64,000 nucleotides of DNA from a virus: the IMG/VR virus record IMGVR_UViG_3300009537_000005. One strand, 5' to 3'. The number at the start of each line of letters is the position of its first letter. The stretch's first letter is position 1. Positions 6,971-12,639 of this stretch are shown here, piece after piece. The notes under the pieces are model-generated. The model was not told the origin of the DNA. It searched no databases and was given only the letters and a program-made list of their open reading frames with translations. The position numbers and the translations under genes are program-made.

Positions 6971-7044
6971 GCCATCATAGTCTAGTGGAAGGACGCAAGC
7001 CTTTCAAGCTTGAGGGCGGGGGTCAGTACCCCGTGATGGTACCA
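6971..7044 (+). tRNA. tRNA-Glu (TTC), CCA encoded
   Basis: Glu-like D-arm GTCTAGTGGAAGGAC, anticodon arm CAAGC-CTTTCAA-GCTTG, T-loop GTCAGTA (non-canonical), 3' TGATGGT-A-CCA. Confidence 0.65.
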
Positions 7045-7045
7045 T

Positions 7046-7117
7046 GCTCTTGTAGTCTAGTGGACAGGACGCTACCCTCTCAAGGTAGAAGCCGGGGTTC
7101 AACTCCCCGTGAGAGCA
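7046..7117 (+). tRNA. tRNA-Glu (CTC)
   Basis: GTCTAGTGGACAGGAC D-arm, anticodon arm TACCC-TCTCAAG? read as CTCTCAA loop (CTC), T-arm CGGGG-TTCAACT-CCCCG, acceptor GCTCTTG/TGAGAGC. Confidence 0.6.
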
Positions 7118-7359
7118 CCTAGGCACGGACCAACGCGGCGAAAGCCGAGGAAGCTCGGGACTACATAGGGCAACTCAGTACAGCCACAGAGACGAGTAAA
7201 GTGAAACGGGCCACGGCTGAGAGTTAGCAATCCCAAGTCGTGCGACAGTGACCCGCTGAGAAGCACAGGTAGGGAGCAGTCACTCGTAAAGAGGGACCGT
7301 CACTTAGTGGCGAGACAGATGTTGGTCGATAACAGAATCCCGGCTATAGTGCCTAACAC
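7118..7359 (+). ncRNA. unassigned 242-nt purine-rich structured spacer (candidate ncRNA)
   Basis: No tRNA fold and no ORF; GAAA-containing motifs (GCGGCGAAAGCCGAGG, GAGTAAAGTGAAACGGGCC); flanked by tRNA-Glu and tRNA-Ser. Confidence 0.2.
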
Positions 7360-7443
7360 GGATGGTTGGCAGAGAGGCTAATTGCACTCGGTTGCTAACC
7401 GAGCGGGGTAACACCCACATAGGTTCGAATCCTATACCATCCG
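7360..7443 (+). tRNA. tRNA-Ser (GCT), class II
   Basis: Perfect acceptor GGATGGT/ACCATCC, anticodon arm ACTCGG-TTGCTAA-CCGAG, long variable arm, T-arm ATAGG-TTCGAAT-CCTAT. Confidence 0.75.
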
Positions 7444-7463
7444 CCTGCGTTATCAAAAAGGCT

Positions 7464-7496
7464 AAAATTTCAAAATAACTTCTCTTTTTGGAGATA
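7464..7496 (+). promoter_or_regulatory. conserved upstream element (copy 2)
   Basis: AAAATTTCAAAATAACTTCTCTTTTTGGAGATA. Confidence 0.4.
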
Positions 7497-7498
7497 TA

Positions 7499-7726
7499 AT
7501 GTATGAAGTAAATATGTTTTATCCGGGCAAAGTCAGAAGTAATCTAGAAAAAGAATTTGACGATAAGATATACGGCCGTTGGGCATCCGGCTATAGCTTT
7601 GAAGATAATATCAGAGACATAGCGTTTAGCATTGAAACTCTAGACCTGGTACGAGATTTGATGGCCTACTTACCCTGTGACGGCTGGATTACGGTACGAC
7701 TGAGAGACGGAGTGGTAGAAGCATAA
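7499..7726 (+). CDS. hypothetical small protein embedded in the tRNA array
   Basis: ORF track; preceded by the conserved AAAATTTCAAAATA...CTTTTTGGAGA element plus SD. Confidence 0.35.
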   Translation: MYEVNMFYPGKVRSNLEKEFDDKIYGRWASGYSFEDNIRDIAFSIETLDLVRDLMAYLPCDGWITVRLRDGVVEA

Positions 7727-7736
7727 ATTACTACCC

Positions 7737-7770
7737 TAAAATTTCAAAATAGTCTCGCTTTTTCGGAGAG
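7737..7770 (+). promoter_or_regulatory. conserved upstream element (copy 3)
   Basis: AAAATTTCAAAATAGTCTCGCTTTTTCGGAGAG. Confidence 0.4.
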
Positions 7771-7776
7771 ATTTCC

Positions 7777-7980
7777 ATGCACAAGCAGAATAATCGTTGG
7801 ACTTGGAAAGAGTTTGGTAAGCGGATCAGCCCACACGCTGGATGGTTTAGTAGATGGAGACGTGGTGACGGGAGACTATGGAAAAAGAAGTTAAGTAAGG
7901 CGCGGAGACGAGCGTGGAAAGACCCACACCAACGGGGATTACTAAGTGTCGAGCGGGAATGTAATTGGAAGACATGGTAA
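7777..7980 (+). CDS. hypothetical basic (R/K/W-rich) small protein
   Basis: ORF track; preceded by a second copy of the same conserved upstream element. Confidence 0.35.
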   Translation: MHKQNNRWTWKEFGKRISPHAGWFSRWRRGDGRLWKKKLSKARRRAWKDPHQRGLLSVERECNWKTW

Positions 7981-8195
7981 TGCGTGGATTAGCATACAGA
8001 CGATATCAAATGGATCGTATCAAGAAGAAACGGGCCCACTACTGGGGTGGACACGCTGGTAGTGATCCAAGACTGTTGGGAATAGTTGCTAAAACACCAC
8101 ACCCTTGTAGTGGCTGGTGTTGTGGCAATCCACGGAAGCATTTTGGCGAGAAGACTCGTCAAGAAATAACATGGACGGCTGGCGATCTCGGTTGA
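7965..8195 (+). CDS. hypothetical small protein; 3' end would overlap tRNA-Ile
   Basis: ORF track; overlaps the 5' part of the tRNA called at 8173, so the true extent is uncertain. Confidence 0.2.
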   Translation: MEDMVMRGLAYRRYQMDRIKKKRAHYWGGHAGSDPRLLGIVAKTPHPCSGWCCGNPRKHFGEKTRQEITWTAGDLG

Positions 8196-8247
8196 ACGCG
8201 CTACTCTGATAAGGTAGTATAGGCAGGTTCGAATCCTGCGCCGTCTA
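8173..8247 (+). tRNA. tRNA-Ile (GAT)
   Basis: Acceptor GGACGGC/GCCGTCT, anticodon arm CTACT-CTGATAA-GGTAG, T-arm GCAGG-TTCGAAT-CCTGC. Confidence 0.65.
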
Positions 8248-8252
8248 CTTCT

Positions 8253-8326
8253 GGACTGGAAGCCAATTGGATTGAGGCATCACTCTTATAAGGTGAGTAT
8301 AGCTGGTTCGACTCCAGCCCGGTCTA
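8253..8326 (+). tRNA. tRNA with anticodon TAT (would read the AUA Ile codon)
   Basis: Acceptor GGACTGG/CCGGTCT, anticodon arm TCACT-CTTATAA-GGTGA, T-arm GCTGG-TTCGACT-CCAGC. Confidence 0.55.
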
Positions 8327-8331
8327 CCTAC

Positions 8332-8405
8332 GGCTTGGTAGCTCAATTGGATAGAGCGCCACACTGTCGATGTGGTGGTTGCGGGTTCAAGTCCCGTCCG
8401 AGTCG
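8332..8405 (+). tRNA. tRNA-Asp (GTC)
   Basis: D GCTC-AATTGGAT-AGAGC, anticodon arm CCACA-CTGTCGA-TGTGG, T-arm GCGGG-TTCAAGT-CCCGT. Confidence 0.7.
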
Positions 8406-8411
8406 CCTTTA

Positions 8412-8492
8412 TAGGGCCGAAGAGTAAGTGGGTTATCATACAGTTGACGTATACCTTCGGGTACTCCCACCCTCACAACTTGCCCTATACAT
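8412..8492 (+). ncRNA. Y RNA-like ncRNA B (short form; compensatory variant of the Ro60-binding helix)
   Basis: 5' box GGGCCGAAGAGTAAGTGGGTTATCAT pairs with 3' box CTCACAACTTGCCC to give GGGC-[C]-GA / UU-GCCC. The A-to-G change on the 5' strand is matched by T-to-C on the 3' strand relative to copies A, C and D. Internal GTACC-TTCG-GGTAC tetraloop hairpin; 3' end abuts tRNA-Val. Confidence 0.65.
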
Positions 8493-8566
8493 GCAGGCTT
8501 AGCTCAGTTGGATAGAGCACTTCTTTTACACAGAAGGTGTCGGGAGTTCGAGTCTCTCAGCCTGTA
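8493..8566 (+). tRNA. tRNA-Val (TAC)
   Basis: Acceptor GCAGGCT/AGCCTGT, D GCTC-AGTTGGAT-AGAGC, anticodon arm CTTCT-TTTACAC-AGAAG, T-arm GGGAG-TTCGAGT-CTCTC. Confidence 0.75.
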
Positions 8567-8573
8567 CCTATAT

Positions 8574-8741
8574 GTGAGCCGACGGTAACAGGGTTCTCGT
8601 CCTTATCAGGAGGAATTCTGAATGCGGGTAACCTGCTATAGTGGTTAAAGTGATGACTAGATCGGGCCCTTATGCTGGTCCGACAACGAAAACATTGCGG
8701 GTCTTGGACCTTCCCCTGGCCACAACTTGCTCACACAACAT
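8574..8741 (+). ncRNA. Y RNA-like ncRNA C (long form, about 168 nt)
   Basis: 5' box GAGCCGACGGTAACAGGGTTCTCGTCCTTATC and 3' box CCTTCCCCTGGCCACAACTTGCTCACACAACAT pair as GAGC-[C]-GA / UU-GCUC; 3' end abuts tRNA-Met. Confidence 0.55.
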
Positions 8742-8815
8742 GCCGAATAGGCCAATTGGATAGGCACCCGTCTCATTAACGGGGTTGTGTGGTTCGATTC
8801 CACAATTCGGTACCA
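8742..8815 (+). tRNA. tRNA-Met or Ile2 (CAT), CCA encoded
   Basis: Acceptor GCCGAAT/ATTCGGT-A-CCA, anticodon arm CCCGT-CTCATTA-ACGGG, T-arm TGTGG-TTCGATT-CCACA; no initiator signature. Confidence 0.7.
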
Positions 8816-8886
8816 CGCGGGGTTGAGGAGCGGCTCCTCCGTAGGCTCATAACCTACTCACGTCGGTTCGAATCCGACCCCCGCTA
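8816..8886 (+). tRNA. second CAT-anticodon tRNA (Met/fMet/Ile2 undetermined); starts directly after the CCA of the previous tRNA
   Basis: D GAGG-AGCGGCT-CCTC, anticodon arm GTAGG-CTCATAA-CCTAC (initiator-like loop sequence), T-arm GTCGG-TTCGAAT-CCGAC, acceptor CGCGGGG/CCCCGCT with a 1-72 mismatch. Confidence 0.5.
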
Positions 8887-8892
8887 CTTAGT

Positions 8893-9044
8893 ACGAGCCG
8901 ACGAGTAAGTGGGTTATCTTCTATCAAAAGAGAGGTCGTGAGTTCGAATCTCACCCCGTCTACCATAGACGGGTAGCTCAGTGGCAGAGCGCTGGCGAAA
9001 GCCTTCCCACTCTCATAACTTGCTCGTACAACATAACTCACAAT
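8893..9044 (+). ncRNA. Y RNA-like ncRNA D with a permuted tRNA-like domain (YrlA-type)
   Basis: 5' box GAGCCGACGAGTAAGTGGGTTATCTT; internal T-arm GTGAG-TTCGAAT-CTCAC; then CCCGTCT-ACCAT-AGACGGG (acceptor stem closed as a hairpin over a CCA-containing loop); then TA-GCTC-AGTGGCA-GAGC D-arm; then 3' box CCTTCCCACTCTCATAACTTGCTCGTACAACAT; followed by tRNA-Tyr. Confidence 0.7.
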
Positions 9045-9125
9045 GGCGGTGCGCCCGTGTGGGAACGGGGTCGGTCTGTAGAACCGATGGCATGCGCATA
9101 GGAAGTTCGATTCTTCACGCCGCCA
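9045..9125 (+). tRNA. tRNA-Tyr (GTA), class II
   Basis: Acceptor GGCGGTG/CGCCGCC, D CCCG-TGTGGGAA-CGGG, anticodon arm TCGGT-CTGTAGA-ACCGA, 12-nt variable arm, T-loop TTCGATT. Confidence 0.7.
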
Positions 9126-9182
9126 CCTAGACCAATTCGGGTCTATTATCCGAGTGGTTTTCTCCTCGGAAAGGAGGATTCA

Positions 9183-10826
9183 GTGACTTACACAAGGCAC
9201 TATAACGTACGAAAGACGCCACAGAACCAACCAATTCCGGGTAAGAACATGGTCGCCAACAGCGCTGGCGGTTTTGCGTTCGCCGTTGACGACTGGGCAC
9301 GTCTAAGACGTTTCTTAATTCTTGGCGCAGAAGGTGGTACATACTACATTGGCGAGAAGGAGCTAACAATCGGGAATGCCGAGGCTGTACTGCGTTGCAT
9401 CAAGGAAGATGGTATTGGTGTTGTTGACACGATTGTTGATGTCAGTAAGGGTGGTAGAGCACCAAAGAACGACCCTGCTCTATTTGCTTTAGCTATGTGT
9501 GCCGGATTAGGAAACGAAAACACGAAGCGCCATGCTCTTAACGCACTGCCAGAAGTAGCACGAATTGGTACTCACCTATTCACTTTCGCAGAGTACGTAC
9601 AAGCGTTTCGTGGCTGGGGACGGTCACTGCGCCGAGCCGTTGGTGAGTGGTACACAACCAAGGAACCAAAGCAACTAGCATACCAGCTAGTGAAGTATCA
9701 ACAGCGGAACGGTTGGTCACACCGTGACTTACTGCGACTATCTCACCCTAAGTCAGATGAGCACAACGTTCTGTTCAATTGGGTGACACAAGGACCGGGC
9801 GAAGGTACACACTTTGATTTGCCGGTAAATGAAGCCACTAGGTTAATTTACGCTTTCGAGAGGGCCAAGACAGCGGACGAAGCAGAGACTATTGAGTTGA
9901 TTATAGACTACGGTCTAACTCGTGAAATGATCCAGACAAAGCACCTAAACAGTGCGGATGTTTGGTTCGCTTTGCTACAGAACATGCCTATGACAGCTAT
10001 GATCCGGAACCTAGGCAAGATGACTCAGGTTGGGCTACTAGGTGACGGCCGATGGGACTCTAACAAGATTGTGCAGGACCGACTGCGAGACTCAGTGCGG
10101 TTGGCCAAGGCAAGAATTCACCCGCTGAATGTTTTAGTAGCTCTGAGAACCTACGATAGCGGTGGCGGATACCGAGGTAAGTTAGTCTGGAATCCGTCGC
10201 GAGACATTGTGAGCGCACTGAATGACGCTTTCTACCTGGCGTTCGATGGAGTATACCCAACAGGCAGGCGGTTTGTGTTGGGCGTGGACGTGAGCAGTAG
10301 CATGAGTGCTACGATAGGCAACACAGTGTTGTCTGCGGCAGAAGCCGCTGTGGCAATGGCGATGGTAATTCGACGAACGGAAGACCAAGCTATAATCCGA
10401 GGATTCGCTGGTGGCGAACGCCGGTATAGCGATCCCTTACAAGGTCCGAACTACGATGGTTTCATGGACTTAGGCATCAGTAGAGAGACACGACTAGAGT
10501 CAGCAATGGAACGGACACGAAACAAGAACTTCGGTCGGACAGACTGTGCTCTGCCTATGTTGTGGGCACTAAAGAACGAGGTCGAAGCTGACGTATTTTG
10601 TATTTTCACTGACTCAGAAACATGGGTAGGAAAAATTCACCCAGTACAGGCGCTACAACAGTACCGAGAAAAGATGAACATCCCGGCTAAGTTGATTGTT
10701 GTGGCGATGACAAGTAATGGCTTCAGCATCGCTGACCCAAACGATGGGGGCATGCTAGACGTGGTGGGATTTGATACATCAATTCCGCAAGTGATGGCGG
10801 ACTTCATTGGGATATCAGGCCCCTAA
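9183..10826 (+). CDS. rsr: Ro60/Rsr orthologue (TROVE domain plus C-terminal vWA domain with a MIDAS motif)
   Basis: N-terminal WARLRRFLILGAEGGTYYIGEKELTIGNAEAVLRCIKEDG...PALFALAMCAG matches Ro60 (human ...[39 protein letters not shown]...PMLFALA); C-terminal VLGVDVSSSMSA is a DxSxS MIDAS motif; GTG start after GGAAAGGAGG. Confidence 0.9.
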   Translation: MTYTRHYNVRKTPQNQPIPGKNMVANSAGGFAFAVDDWARLRRFLILGAEGGTYYIGEKELTIGNAEAVLRCIKEDGIGVVDTIVDVSKGGRAPKNDPALFALAMCAGLGNENTKRHALNALPEVARIGTHLFTFAEYVQAFRGWGRSLRRAVGEWYTTKEPKQLAYQLVKYQQRNGWSHRDLLRLSHPKSDEHNVLFNWVTQGPGEGTHFDLPVNEATRLIYAFERAKTADEAETIELIIDYGLTREMIQTKHLNSADVWFALLQNMPMTAMIRNLGKMTQVGLLGDGRWDSNKIVQDRLRDSVRLAKARIHPLNVLVALRTYDSGGGYRGKLVWNPSRDIVSALNDAFYLAFDGVYPTGRRFVLGVDVSSSMSATIGNTVLSAAEAAVAMAMVIRRTEDQAIIRGFAGGERRYSDPLQGPNYDGFMDLGISRETRLESAMERTRNKNFGRTDCALPMLWALKNEVEADVFCIFTDSETWVGKIHPVQALQQYREKMNIPAKLIVVAMTSNGFSIADPNDGGMLDVVGFDTSIPQVMADFIGISGP

Positions 10827-10834
10827 ACAGTGAT

Positions 10835-10865
10835 CCCGGCACCCAGCCGGGGTCATTCTCTTTTG
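10835..10865 (+). terminator. candidate intrinsic terminator after rsr
   Basis: CCCGGC-ACCCA-GCCGGG hairpin followed by GTCATTCTCTTTTG. Confidence 0.35.
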
Positions 10866-10878
10866 AAAGGAGAGAACA

Positions 10879-11076
10879 ATGTCCAAGACAACCGTGTGTA
10901 TTAAAGCGACTATCTATATTGATGTAGATGTTCCTCACTCTATTGTGGAGGTTGCGACAACGCTTGGTGAATTTCCTGTAGATCAGAAGCTACGAGAAGT
11001 ACTAAAAGATTCACTGGTTCTAATTGTGGATTGGGAAGACGCAGAGGTCGTGGCCCTCTTGTCACAGGACGAATAG
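10879..11076 (+). CDS. hypothetical small protein
   Basis: ORF track; SD GAAAGGAGAGAA upstream. Confidence 0.3.
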   Translation: MSKTTVCIKATIYIDVDVPHSIVEVATTLGEFPVDQKLREVLKDSLVLIVDWEDAEVVALLSQDE

Positions 11077-11097
11077 AAAAATCCAAAGGAGTTAGTT

Positions 11098-11613
11098 ATG
11101 AGAACCGTCAGAGACATGGTGAAGAACGACGAGATGTGGACGCCGCCCGAAGCGACAAACCCATTGATACAGTATCTAGATAACAGTATGACAATTTGGG
11201 AAATGTGTCCTGGTTCTGGACAGATGGTAGATTACTTTGTAACCAGAGGCTACAATGTACTGTGGCACAGTGGGAAGGACGCTTTGCATTGGTCTCCGCC
11301 AGAGTGGTGGGACGTAGCCGTGACTAACCCACCGTGGAGCAAGAAACACTTATTCCTTGAGCGATGTATTAAGTTGGATGATCCCTTCGCATTGCTCCTA
11401 CCAGTCCGAACGCTGGGCGTACGGAGGTGTCAGATATGGCTCGATGACTGTGACTTTTTGTTTTTGCCCAAGAGAATAGATTATACAGGAGGGAACAGTC
11501 CCTATGAAGCAAGCCTTTGGGTTACTAGAAAACTATTACCAAATAGAGTTGTGTTCGCACCACCGGAGTCTATGAATGCCTATGTTCCGGCGGGCGTAAA
11601 ATTCGGGCCATGA
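11098..11613 (+). CDS. DNA N6-adenine methyltransferase (phage Dam-like)
   Basis: Motif I-like CPGSG and catalytic NPPW tetrapeptide; MWTPPE N-terminus typical of phage Dam-family MTases. Confidence 0.6.
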   Translation: MRTVRDMVKNDEMWTPPEATNPLIQYLDNSMTIWEMCPGSGQMVDYFVTRGYNVLWHSGKDALHWSPPEWWDVAVTNPPWSKKHLFLERCIKLDDPFALLLPVRTLGVRRCQIWLDDCDFLFLPKRIDYTGGNSPYEASLWVTRKLLPNRVVFAPPESMNAYVPAGVKFGP

Positions 11614-11664
11614 TGTAGCGAAGGGTACTAGAAGAGTGACTATCAGAGAAAATGGTTTTGGGAC

Positions 11665-11697
11665 TTGACAAATTGTAAATTTGGTCCCAAAATATAG
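11665..11697 (+). promoter_or_regulatory. promoter of the TTGACAAA-N17-CAAAATATA family upstream of the primase gene
   Basis: cTTGACAaattgtaaatttgGTCCCAAAATATAgg; the -10 ends only a few nt before the GTG/ATG, so the mRNA is nearly leaderless. Confidence 0.5.
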
Positions 11698-12600
11698 GTG
11701 ACGGACATGACCGACTTATACGACAAGATAACGGAGATTCTACCAAACTTTGACGAAGTGGGCAGGGGATACATACATACTTACTGTGTATTTCACGACG
11801 ACCGCCAAAAGTCGTTACTGATTTATCCCGACGCTCGCGGCTACACTCCCGGCTTTGTGTGCTTATCGGGCGAATGTAATCGTAGAGGTAGCCTACAAGA
11901 ATTGCTACGAGTTTTAGAGGGTGCACCCCCGCGACCTCGTCACAACTCGGAAAAGGAGAAACCCCCTTATCTTCCGACCGATCTGCATGATCTGATTAAT
12001 TTGACCAATGTGGCACATCGGGATATTCAAGACTCTGAACATCCAGAACGACGACATTATCTGAAACAGAGGGGCGTAGAGGACATGATTGTCCCTGCTC
12101 GTTTAGGATGGTACAAAGGATGGATTTTAACACCCATATATGCTCAGTCTCTAAAGAAACTGGTCGGTGTCTATGCGAGAGCTACTCCGGCGGAGTTCGG
12201 CCGGACTGGCCAGAGATTTCACCAACCCCTAGGCCAGAGGCCGATGTTGTACGTGCCGAACTGGGACATTTGCCTATCGTCCTCCCATGTGGTTGTCGTA
12301 TTTGGTATGATGGACGCTCTAACCTTGTCGCTTATGTTACAACCAGTTGTGACCACCACCGGGGGAAGCAACAGCTTCGACCCGGCATGGCTGTCACAAT
12401 TTCGTTTGCCGATAACGATCATACCGGACGCTAGCGGAGACAGTAAGGCGGCGATAAACTTAGCGGCACAGCTTGGGTGGAGAAGCAAAATACTAAGACT
12501 TCCATACGACGAACAAGTACAAGACCCGGCAGATTTTGCAGAATATGGCCGGTTGAACGAGTTGAAAGGGGTTCTAGATGAAATTGGTGCATTGTCCTGA
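11698..12600 (+). CDS. DNA primase (DnaG-like: CHC2 zinc finger plus TOPRIM)
   Basis: CVFHDDRQKS...C...C zinc-binding N-terminus; IIPDASGDSKAAINLA Toprim acidic motif; the start may be ATG 11707. Confidence 0.6.
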   Translation: MTDMTDLYDKITEILPNFDEVGRGYIHTYCVFHDDRQKSLLIYPDARGYTPGFVCLSGECNRRGSLQELLRVLEGAPPRPRHNSEKEKPPYLPTDLHDLINLTNVAHRDIQDSEHPERRHYLKQRGVEDMIVPARLGWYKGWILTPIYAQSLKKLVGVYARATPAEFGRTGQRFHQPLGQRPMLYVPNWDICLSSSHVVVVFGMMDALTLSLMLQPVVTTTGGSNSFDPAWLSQFRLPITIIPDASGDSKAAINLAAQLGWRSKILRLPYDEQVQDPADFAEYGRLNELKGVLDEIGALS

Positions 12601-12639
12601 CTGCAATGACTTAATCAAACGAGCGGAGGAGAATTAAAG

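Noticed and set aside
8245-8439. Minus-strand 64-aa ORF
   Set aside because: Antisense to tRNA-Ile, the TAT tRNA and tRNA-Asp.
8938-8995. A genuine circularly permuted or split tRNA gene (3' half upstream of 5' half)
   Set aside because: No partner strand exists for an anticodon stem on either side, and bacteria have no splicing endonuclease. The arrangement is explained instead as the tRNA-like domain of a YrlA-type Y RNA whose anticodon arm is replaced by the Ro60-binding stem.
4633-9044. The four box1/box2 repeat units in the tRNA region could be read as a CRISPR-like array or simple repeat family
   Set aside because: Units are 80-170 nt, irregularly spaced, interleaved with tRNA genes, not identical, and show compensatory pairing between the two boxes. 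There are no cas genes. Structured Y RNA-like ncRNAs explain them better.
8847-9369. Minus-strand ORFs 8847..9041 and 9127..9369
   Set aside because: Antisense to Y RNA D, tRNA-Tyr and the rsr 5' end. They have no start context.
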